DNA of 33,682 nt from a virus (Duplodnaviria; Caudoviricetes). Shown here in pieces: positions 26,263 to 33,682 of the stretch. Position 1 is the stretch's first letter. Each line of letters opens with the position of its first letter. The notes under the pieces are model-generated. The model did not search any database. It saw nothing but the letters and a program-made list of their open reading frames with translations, and was not told the DNA's origin. A program made the position numbers and the translations under genes. The stretch is taken from the IMG/VR virus record IMGVR_UViG_3300005805_000011, positions 1 to 33,682 of that record. The stretch is one strand, 5' to 3'.

Positions 26263-27279
26263 TTATGGACATTGAACCGCACCCGCTGAACAATCTTCGA
26301 ACAACAATGTCAAATTGCTATCGGCATTCACGCAAAGTGATGTTTTAGGAATAAAGAACAAAGCCCAATTCAAAGCCAATTCAACAAACCATTTTTCGGT
26401 ACAATCATCGTAAGACGTTTTTAAATCGTAAACCAACCCGGTGAACGGATCAACGATTGTTCCGTGAGTGAATGAATCATTTTGTTTTGCATACTCACCC
26501 GCATATTTGTTCCACGTGATCATTTGAACCGCACCGGGGGCGAATGCAAGGAATTGAGTAGGACTGAAAACTGAATTCACGTTGATGTCGTGGAAAAACA
26601 TTCCATCGGATGACATTCGTGATAAATCCATTCCGAATTCCGTGTTGCAACAAGCGATTTGTTGTGCCTTTGCGTAAATGTCAAGTGATGAACCGCCAAC
26701 GATCAAAGGTGTTCCATTTGCGCCCAATTCATCCATATAGTGGCGGATTTGCGCCCAAGCCAACGGATTCGGTGAACCTGATGTGGTATAAAGCGGAATT
26801 TGTGTCAAAGCCGATCCTGATGCATTGTCACCGATGTTTGTTGATGCCAAAGCCAAAACCGCTTTGTCAACAGACATATTGATTGCGTTCATCGACTTCA
26901 TAATGTTTTGGGAAACCCAAACGTTGTCGGCTTCGCACAATTTACGCATTTCGTTCTCATCAAATGACATTTTGTATTTCGCACAATTGAATTCCGAAAT
27001 GATTGTTTCATTTGGTTCAGGTGTTACATCAGCGGTGCAATCAGCAACGCAATCGGTGTTCACATCGGCATCACACGCCTGTGCGATCCAATTCACCTGA
27101 ACTTGTTTGAATTTTCCGTTTGTCGGAACCATTTGTGCGGTCATTTGTGACCTGTTCACCTGTGACATCAATGCATCGATGTAACCTACTTTTTGGCGAT
27201 TCAATGCGGGGGCGTTTGTCCCGGCAACGTCATTGATGTTCACCTGTAATTTTTCGCATAATCCTTTAGTGTATGCCAT
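26263..27279 (-). CDS. Major capsid protein (338 aa, Cys-rich)
   Basis: Follows the scaffold and has its own promoter and leader; size and FLAFAPGAVQMITW pattern fit an HK97-fold capsid; 12 Cys. Confidence 0.8.
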   Translation of the reverse strand: MAYTKGLCEKLQVNINDVAGTNAPALNRQKVGYIDALMSQVNRSQMTAQMVPTNGKFKQVQVNWIAQACDADVNTDCVADCTADVTPEPNETIISEFNCAKYKMSFDENEMRKLCEADNVWVSQNIMKSMNAINMSVDKAVLALASTNIGDNASGSALTQIPLYTTSGSPNPLAWAQIRHYMDELGANGTPLIVGGSSLDIYAKAQQIACCNTEFGMDLSRMSSDGMFFHDINVNSVFSPTQFLAFAPGAVQMITWNKYAGEYAKQNDSFTHGTIVDPFTGLVYDLKTSYDDCTEKWFVELALNWALFFIPKTSLCVNADSNLTLLFEDCSAGAVQCP

Positions 27280-27326
27280 TTTAATTTTTGATTTTTTTAG
27301 TTAATAATTGATTTGAAATTTTGAGT

Positions 27327-27510
27327 AAAAAAAAATCCTGACACGAACAAATGATGAATCAATTGTTGTTCGAATCAGGTTTCGAATTTCACCCGGTGCA
27401 TATTGGGATGCCTCCCCTGTTTAAGTTTTCGAACCTCCGTTCCGTTTGGTTTAAGGTGCGGGAATTAGTGAATGATTCACGGATCAATCAAAAACCCCCG
27501 CAACCCTAAC
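27327..27510 (-). ncRNA. Putative structured cis-regulatory leader upstream of the capsid gene
   Basis: Three stem regions (27431-27509, 27378-27435, 27337-27379); the last is followed by U9. Confidence 0.45.
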
Positions 27511-27516
27511 ATTCTA

Positions 27517-27545
27517 CAAATATAAATATTTTTTTATTGTCCAAA
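27517..27545 (-). promoter_or_regulatory. Bacteroidota-type promoter (TTTG-N17-TATATTTG)
   Basis: Consensus -7 element just after the scaffold stop codon. Confidence 0.6.
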
Positions 27546-28349
27546 TGTGCGGATGTTTTTCATTTGTTCCGCATTTTGTTTTGCCAAATCCAAACCGGGC
27601 AAATTGAATTTCGTTTCCGTTTTCGAATCAGGTGTGAATGTCGATTTCCGTTCCAATTGTTTTTGTTCGGGTGTTCCGTTACTTTGCTTTACTACGTTCA
27701 ACGACTTCAATTGGTTTTCCAAAATTTCATCAAATGTCAAAACCTTTGTTCCATCATCATTCAGGGGATTCAATCCATCCTTTGTTTTAACAATCAACGA
27801 TCCATCATCATTCAAATCAACGTTGAATTGTTTGTTGATGTAATTTTGAACGGCGGGAAAAACCACTTCGGATGAAACAATCAATTGTTTCGATCCCAAA
27901 ATCGAACGGATTGCGGATTCCTTTTTGAATGATTTGATTTGTTCCTTTGCTTCGTTTTCCTTTGCCGGGATGATTTCATCGGTCAAACGTTTATTTTCTT
28001 TTGTCAATTCAATGATCCTGTTTTGCAATTCATCGGTTGTCGATGATCCCGACAATTTCAATTTGTCGTGTGCGATTTGTAGGATGTCATCAAATTTTTT
28101 TTCCTTTATTTCATCCGCTGACAAACCGAATGTTTTTTTCAATTTGTGTTCCACCTTTGACAATTCCGTTCCCCTGATTTCATCCTTTATCGGTTGAATG
28201 AATTCGGGATCGTTGGCAATTACGTCACGGAAATTTGATTTGAATGATTGTGCGAATTCATCAACATTCAATTCATCATCGGTTGTCAGTTTTGAAATCA
28301 CATCGGATTTGACACCGATTTTTTTAAGGAATGTTTCAATGTTTTTCAT
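27534..28349 (-). CDS. Capsid scaffolding protein (271 aa)
   Basis: Charged coiled-coil protein directly upstream of the capsid gene; no Cys. Confidence 0.7.
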   Translation of the reverse strand: MKNIETFLKKIGVKSDVISKLTTDDELNVDEFAQSFKSNFRDVIANDPEFIQPIKDEIRGTELSKVEHKLKKTFGLSADEIKEKKFDDILQIAHDKLKLSGSSTTDELQNRIIELTKENKRLTDEIIPAKENEAKEQIKSFKKESAIRSILGSKQLIVSSEVVFPAVQNYINKQFNVDLNDDGSLIVKTKDGLNPLNDDGTKVLTFDEILENQLKSLNVVKQSNGTPEQKQLERKSTFTPDSKTETKFNLPGLDLAKQNAEQMKNIRTFGQ

Positions 28350-28657
28350 TTGGGTTGTTTTTGATATTTACGTTTGGGTTTTTCGTTGTCCATTTCAATT
28401 TGTGTTCCTGATTCCGATTCAACGAAATTGGTGAATCCGGGGAATTCCGATTCGGTTGTTTCGGTTTCCATTGTTTCATTTTCGTTTGTAGGTTGTTGAA
28501 TCGATTCAATTGTTGGTGCATTCAAAACGGGTTTTGAATTTACAACCATATAATTGTGAAACAATTTGTTTTTTTTCAATGTGTCCATTGCGGTTTGTGT
28601 AATATCAAAAACCTTTCCTGTTTTGACATTCATCACACGGATTGTTTGTTGTTTCAT
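28346..28657 (-). CDS. Hypothetical head-module protein (103 aa)
   Basis: Small N-terminal domain, acidic linker and basic tail; ATGA-coupled to the scaffold. Confidence 0.7.
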   Translation of the reverse strand: MKQQTIRVMNVKTGKVFDITQTAMDTLKKNKLFHNYMVVNSKPVLNAPTIESIQQPTNENETMETETTESEFPGFTNFVESESGTQIEMDNEKPKRKYQKQPK

Positions 28658-28679
28658 TTTGTTTTGTTTGATTCGTTTT

Positions 28680-28710
28680 CAAAATTAAATTTTAATTTTC
28701 GGATTTCAAA
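28680..28710 (-). promoter_or_regulatory. Bacteroidota-type promoter (TTTG-N19-TAATTTTG)
   Basis: Exact -33/-7 consensus and spacing upstream of the 103-aa gene. Confidence 0.6.
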
Positions 28711-28880
28711 TTTGGCTTTTTTTCAATCAATTCAAAAACAATTTCATTTGATTGTCCTGTTAATTTTTTATCGTGATTTACTTCTGACATTAAAATTTCA
28801 CAAGGTATTCCATTAGGAAAAGCCAAACAAGTTAATGAATTTATTTTTAAATGTTTACAATTATTACAGGATGTTTTCAT
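28692..28880 (-). CDS. Small Cys/His protein (CxxCxH...CxAFPxGIP), putative partner/immunity protein of the MuF toxin (62 aa)
   Basis: ATGA-coupled to MuF-ART and shares its AT-rich composition. Confidence 0.65.
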   Translation of the reverse strand: MKTSCNNCKHLKINSLTCLAFPNGIPCEILMSEVNHDKKLTGQSNEIVFELIEKKPNLKSEN

Positions 28881-30409
28881 TTTATTATGATTATATTTTT
28901 TGGATCAAATACAATTGTTTGATTCCCTCCAATTTTTCGTGTTACTGATCCAATTTCATTGATGCCTTTATCAACAATTATCATTGAATCATAACCATAT
29001 TTTTTAGCGGTGAATGATAATGCTTCACCATATGGATTTGGCAATGGATTGTTTTGAAAATATTCATTCCTTTGATTTTGATCTTTTATTTTTTGTCCCT
29101 CATCAAATATTGATGACCAAATTTTTTCTAATTCATCAAATTTTTCATTAAATGTTTTTTCAAATTCACTTCCAAATTTTTTAATTTGATCCAATTGATT
29201 TTTTGAACTTACACCAACACCTGTTTCAAATATTAAAGGATTTGAAACATTTACTTTTATTTTTAATTTTTTGGAATTTTCATTTCCATAAAAATCTAAT
29301 GTTTGATTGTTATCCGATAAATAAACACCATCACCCCAAACCCGACCGAATCCTGATTTGTTATTCAAATCAAATCCATTTTTCATTAGTGATTCAATAT
29401 TTGTTGTTTTTGTAACGTGATAAAAATCCTGTTTTAAAATTGAATTTTCCGTTAATTTTTTTGCATCTTGTATTGACATTGATGGATTCCATTTTAATTC
29501 ATCAATTTTTTCATCCTTTTGTTCCTGATCCCGATTGTATTTTTCCATTTGGGATTTTGTGATTTTGAATGGAATCGCTGAATGTCGGCAATTGTAACCG
29601 CCACGAAACACCGCAAAGTTTTCAGCGGTTGTTCCGGGAATCATCCCTGATCCGTTCGAATATGCCCACGAAATTTCAGTCGGCAAATCATCCAACAACA
29701 ATGTTCCCTTGTTGACCCAACGAACACATTGCGGACGTGAATCATCGATCAATGAACCTACATATTTGTAGGCATTCAAACCAAATTCCCCGGCAATCCG
29801 TGAATTCACCTGTCCATCGAATTGATTCAACGTATCACGTGCAATTTGTGTCGTGTATTTTTTGAATTGACCAAGCCTCAATTCATCCGACAAAATGAAT
29901 TGTTTCAAATATGATTCCAAATCCGTGATCGTTGCACCTCCGACAATGTTTTTGAAAATGCCTTCTTTCATCGGTTGTGTGAATTGTGTTGAAATCCCCG
30001 ATCCTGTCAAACCTTCGATCGTTTGATCGACAACCTGTTTTTGCATCGGGTTGATCAGTTTTTCCAATTCAGCCTCCGACAAATCATTCACGTCCTGATG
30101 TGCATCGAAATTGAATTGTTTGATCGTATCAAACGACCGCAAAAATTCCTTCACCTTTGCCGGGTAGTTCGATGATTGGATCGCATCCGAAATGATGTCA
30201 TCCAATTCATTGATGATTTGAACGTTCGTGTCATCAAAAATCGCTTTGCCCGAATCAACGTTCATTTGCAAAACTTTTTTCCTTACGGCATCGTAAATCG
30301 TTTTTTCGATATTCGAAAACCCATCGATGAACCTGTTGTCGGCATTGTCGATTGCATTCAGTTTTTTTTTCAGGATGTCATCGACCTTCCGTGAAAACCC
30401 ATCAGCCAT
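28877..30409 (-). CDS. MuF/head morphogenesis minor capsid protein with a C-terminal ADP-ribosyltransferase-like (ART-PolyVal-like) domain (510 aa)
   Basis: YKYVGSLIDDSRPQC...GGYNCRH MuF motifs, then FYHVT...GFD...WGDGVYLS...NPL...GYDSMII...IVFDPKNI ART-like motifs. Confidence 0.75.
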   Translation of the reverse strand: MADGFSRKVDDILKKKLNAIDNADNRFIDGFSNIEKTIYDAVRKKVLQMNVDSGKAIFDDTNVQIINELDDIISDAIQSSNYPAKVKEFLRSFDTIKQFNFDAHQDVNDLSEAELEKLINPMQKQVVDQTIEGLTGSGISTQFTQPMKEGIFKNIVGGATITDLESYLKQFILSDELRLGQFKKYTTQIARDTLNQFDGQVNSRIAGEFGLNAYKYVGSLIDDSRPQCVRWVNKGTLLLDDLPTEISWAYSNGSGMIPGTTAENFAVFRGGYNCRHSAIPFKITKSQMEKYNRDQEQKDEKIDELKWNPSMSIQDAKKLTENSILKQDFYHVTKTTNIESLMKNGFDLNNKSGFGRVWGDGVYLSDNNQTLDFYGNENSKKLKIKVNVSNPLIFETGVGVSSKNQLDQIKKFGSEFEKTFNEKFDELEKIWSSIFDEGQKIKDQNQRNEYFQNNPLPNPYGEALSFTAKKYGYDSMIIVDKGINEIGSVTRKIGGNQTIVFDPKNIIIIK

Positions 30410-32342
30410 TGACGTTCAAATTTGGTTCGACAGGAACAATTGGTTTCGGTGTTCCAATGATACGTGTCGCAATGTCCTGATTGAATCCATAAATTTCCAT
30501 CAACAACGCAACCGCTGATTCAGGATCGGTGACACCCGATGCAACGGATTGTTGTATTTCAATGATGCCCTGAACACCTCCGACCGATCCTTTCAAATTC
30601 GCTTTGGCTTCGGCTTCACGTTTTTGGATTTCAGCATCGACATTCATTTGTTCACCACCCGCCAAATCAACAACCTGTTTTGGAATGTACTGATCAACGA
30701 TCACATTCAACCGGGAATCCATTTCAGCAAATATCGTTGACATTTCATTTTCCAAAAATTCCGTTCCGTTTTCAGCAACGATTTGTGATAAAACTTTGAA
30801 TGCATAAATTGATTTGATGATGTCATCCTTTTTAATTGTCCCGGATGCCAACATCATTGATTTGTCCTTTGTGTTGATATGATAAATCGGATCGTAAACA
30901 ACCAATATTTCAACCATTCGTGCAATCGACTTGTTTCCTGAAAAACGTTTCCGTGCCAAATCTTTTGTGGTTTCAACCAAAAACGAAATCGGTGCGTTTT
31001 TATCATTCAATTTATTTATTTCATCAATCAAATCGTTTTCGGTTTTCATTGAAAACGAAATCGGTTTCACAATGACAGGTGACATCGGATTTGTTACATT
31101 CCTGTAACCCTCAATGAACAACAACGATTTGAAAATAATTTCATCAAAAATGTTGTTGCTGATTTTTGTCAACACCATAAACGAATCCTCACGATCGATT
31201 TCCTTTGCAACACCTGATTGTGCTTCGTTGATTGTGTTCAGGTGCAATGATTCTTCGGCTTTTTTCAACAACGTTTGCCATGCATTCCCGGAATATTCAA
31301 TCACATCCACAGGCGGTGACACGAAACGAATCATCGGTTCGGATGATCCTGATCCACCGCCATCCAAAATTGAATTGTTTTTTTCACGTAGAAAAACACC
31401 GAATGGGGATCGTGTTATCACACGTCCTGTTCCTTTGCAAACACGACACGGATGATGTTCCTGATCCTTTTCATTCCAACAAACCCCATCACGACAACCC
31501 GGTGCGGAACACGTTTCGGCAACCTCCTCACGATACGGAAAACAGGTTGTTGTCATAACACCCTGCCAATCGGAATATTGCCTGATCGCTTCGTTTCCAA
31601 ATGGAACAAATGCGTGAAAATAACTTTCGAAATATTCGTTGTCAGTTAGATCACCACCCAACACCATAGCCGGGACAACACCCAAATTGTGTTCGTATAT
31701 TGGAATCAACTGAAATCTTTTTTCCTTTGATGTTCCGATTTGGATGTGTTTGTAAAATCCTGTTTCAGTCAACGAATAATAAACCAAACCTGATTGTTTT
31801 GATTTTCCGTTTTCATAAATTTCGGAATGCTCGTTTTCATCCAACCAAACAATCACATCATCATCGACAAATTTTATTTGGTTTGAATAAATCAAAAGGG
31901 GTTTGACCTCCACTTTGATCGATGAATCATTCAAACCTTCACCTGTCGGAATCCAAATCAAATATCCGTTGGGATCTTCGATCATTCGCCTGACAACGTA
32001 TTTTTGAACATAGGAATAAAAATATTGTCCATCGAATTTTTTCATTGACAAATATTCATTCAATTCTTCTGACACCTGAATTGAAAAATTTGCCGATCCG
32101 AAAATCCGATACAATTTGTCGATCGCACGATTCATCGATCCTTTCGTGATCGGTTCATAAATAGACAAACGATATTTTTGGATTTCGGGATCTTCGTTCG
32201 GTCTTCGGGATGTAAGTATTTCACCGGGATTGCGTCCACGTGTATGAACAAACATCGTGTCACGAACACGATTCCAATCATCCCAATGTTTCGGTTTGTC
32301 AATCTTTGACAAATTATCATTCAAATAAACGATGTCAATCAT
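30402..32342 (-). CDS. Portal protein with an inserted DnaJ-like Cys cluster (646 aa)
   Basis: Position before MuF/scaffold/capsid; YEHNLGVVPA and AQSGVAKEIDRE portal-like motifs; CSAPGCRDGVC...CRVCKGTG insertion. Confidence 0.82.
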   Translation of the reverse strand: MIDIVYLNDNLSKIDKPKHWDDWNRVRDTMFVHTRGRNPGEILTSRRPNEDPEIQKYRLSIYEPITKGSMNRAIDKLYRIFGSANFSIQVSEELNEYLSMKKFDGQYFYSYVQKYVVRRMIEDPNGYLIWIPTGEGLNDSSIKVEVKPLLIYSNQIKFVDDDVIVWLDENEHSEIYENGKSKQSGLVYYSLTETGFYKHIQIGTSKEKRFQLIPIYEHNLGVVPAMVLGGDLTDNEYFESYFHAFVPFGNEAIRQYSDWQGVMTTTCFPYREEVAETCSAPGCRDGVCWNEKDQEHHPCRVCKGTGRVITRSPFGVFLREKNNSILDGGGSGSSEPMIRFVSPPVDVIEYSGNAWQTLLKKAEESLHLNTINEAQSGVAKEIDREDSFMVLTKISNNIFDEIIFKSLLFIEGYRNVTNPMSPVIVKPISFSMKTENDLIDEINKLNDKNAPISFLVETTKDLARKRFSGNKSIARMVEILVVYDPIYHINTKDKSMMLASGTIKKDDIIKSIYAFKVLSQIVAENGTEFLENEMSTIFAEMDSRLNVIVDQYIPKQVVDLAGGEQMNVDAEIQKREAEAKANLKGSVGGVQGIIEIQQSVASGVTDPESAVALLMEIYGFNQDIATRIIGTPKPIVPVEPNLNVNG

Positions 32343-32350
32343 TTTGTTTT

Positions 32351-33409
32351 TTATTTACACGAATATGTTTTTGAGCAATCAACTTTGCGGAACGGAACAT
32401 CAATGAACCATTGGTTTCCGATTTCATTGTTTTTTCCGATTTCACCATCGACAACGTATTCAATGCCATCAACGAAAACGTTTTCGGCATTCATCAAATT
32501 GGCGATCAGTTTTGCGACACGTTGCGGAATTCGGTTCGTTTTCAAAATCCAATTTTCATTCAATTGCGATGTTGTTGTTTTCAATTTAGTTCCAACAAAT
32601 TCCTTTGTGATTTCAAATGATGTTTGTTCGAATGCACCCTCGACACGATATGTGTTTTGAAATGCAAAAACGTTTCCGTTTCCGACCTGTTGTGTCCCGT
32701 AGTAATATGAAAAACAATCACGATCAGGATAAACACCTTGTAACAAAATGGTTGTTTTTTCAAGCGGACACGGATTGAAAATGTATGGTTCTGTACAAAA
32801 ACAATATTCCGTTGCCAATCCCAAATTGAAACAAAATTCCAAAACGAAACATCCTTTGCCATTTGGGAATTGTGCGATCAAATCAACATACAATTGCCCG
32901 GTGTCGATTTCAATCATTTGGATGTTTTTCCACGTTGTGTTTCCTGTGTAATCTGTGATCGGGAACACACCGACAAACGTGTTGGTTGCGTAATCCGTGA
33001 TCGAAACAGGGATTCCACCATTTTCCAAATAATCCCCATTGCAACAATCTTTGATGAATCCATCAACGAAACCTCCCGTTCCCCAACCAAAGGTGAATGA
33101 TCCGTTTGGATCGTTTCCGTTCATCGTGTCGATTTGTTGGAATTGGAAAAACATCGATTCACCCGGATTTACTATATTGAAATAAGGCAAATCATTCCCG
33201 CACAAATTACAATTCCACGTGTCATTGCATTCACACAAAACCAATCCATTGTTGACAACGGCATTGTCGCAAATCCCGCCACCACATTGAATGATTTCAA
33301 TTTCACCGCAAACGATACGTGATGACGTGTCAGCCAATTCACACGATGAATCACTGACATCGCACCAAACCTCATTCCCTAACTGATACGAATCAAAATA
33401 GACTGACAT
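32351..33409 (-). CDS. Cys-rich structural (tail tip-like) protein (352 aa)
   Basis: 19 Cys; beta-rich; follows the 941-aa protein in the tail-tip block. Confidence 0.65.
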   Translation of the reverse strand: MSVYFDSYQLGNEVWCDVSDSSCELADTSSRIVCGEIEIIQCGGGICDNAVVNNGLVLCECNDTWNCNLCGNDLPYFNIVNPGESMFFQFQQIDTMNGNDPNGSFTFGWGTGGFVDGFIKDCCNGDYLENGGIPVSITDYATNTFVGVFPITDYTGNTTWKNIQMIEIDTGQLYVDLIAQFPNGKGCFVLEFCFNLGLATEYCFCTEPYIFNPCPLEKTTILLQGVYPDRDCFSYYYGTQQVGNGNVFAFQNTYRVEGAFEQTSFEITKEFVGTKLKTTTSQLNENWILKTNRIPQRVAKLIANLMNAENVFVDGIEYVVDGEIGKNNEIGNQWFIDVPFRKVDCSKTYSCK

Positions 33410-33421
33410 TGTTTCGTTTTT

Positions 33422-33682
33422 TTAGACGTGATACAAACCACACAATTGATATTTTCCAACGGGCAATGATGACAAATCAACATAAAATTGCGCCGATCCA
33501 TTGAACACGTTTGACACGTTGTAAATCGGTGTTGATGACAATTGAATCATTCCTGATGGGGATGGAATCGGATCGGATTCCTGTAAATTTTGGATGCCGT
33601 ACGGATAGGGATCAAGGAATGCAATGAATTCACCAACCAAATCAGGGGAAACATTGTCCGTCATTGTAACAATCAAATAATC
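33422..33682 (-). CDS. C-terminal end of the ~941-aa Cys-rich protein that starts at 2664
   Basis: In frame with 1..2664 across the 99-bp overlap; TAA at 33422. Confidence 0.85.
   Translation of the reverse strand, partial: DYLIVTMTDNVSPDLVGEFIAFLDPYPYGIQNLQESDPIPSPSGMIQLSSTPIYNVSNVFNGSAQFYVDLSSLPVGKYQLCGLYHV
33584..33682. repeat. Terminal direct repeat, copy 2 (circular contig overlap)
   Basis: Identical to bases 1-99. Confidence 0.95.

Noticed and set aside
335-33322. Numerous plus-strand ORFs of 60-180 aa
   Set aside because: They are antisense shadows of minus-strand genes without recognisable motifs. Scarcity of TA and AG removes stop codons and lengthens such frames.
33584-33682. 99-bp terminal repeat as a biological direct terminal repeat
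   Set aside because: It falls in the middle of a gene and its length matches a common assembler k-mer, so it is better explained as a circular-assembly overlap.

Overview
The window appears to be a complete, circularly assembled tailed-phage genome of about 33,583 bp. Bases 1-99 are repeated exactly at 33584-33682, most likely an assembly overlap. It looks siphovirus-like (tape measure, tail tube, no sheath). The host is probably a Bacteroidota bacterium, inferred from TAnnTTTG promoters and A-rich starts without Shine-Dalgarno sequences. All credible genes are on the minus strand. The early block (19.7 to 11.7 kb) has two paralogous adenine/N4-cytosine DNA methyltransferases, a Bet-like recombinase, HTH proteins and a replication initiator with iterons. 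It is followed by TerS/TerL, a fibre-like protein, a tail chaperone with a -1 frameshift, the tape measure and three tail-tip proteins, one of which (941 aa) spans the contig ends and is missed by the ORF track. Then come portal, MuF with an ADP-ribosyltransferase-like extension, scaffold, major capsid, tail tube, lysis genes and connector genes. Main points of interest: (1) outer virion proteins are Cys-rich while the tape measure and scaffold have no Cys, and the late operon encodes a membrane CxxC protein (DUF1360/VKOR-like motif) plus small CxxC peptides, a candidate phage-encoded disulfide-bond system; (2) AG/CT dinucleotides are strongly avoided and GATC is abundant; (3) a MuF-ART toxin with a small Cys-rich partner; (4) a structured leader in front of the capsid gene. 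All functional calls come from motif recognition by eye, not database searches.
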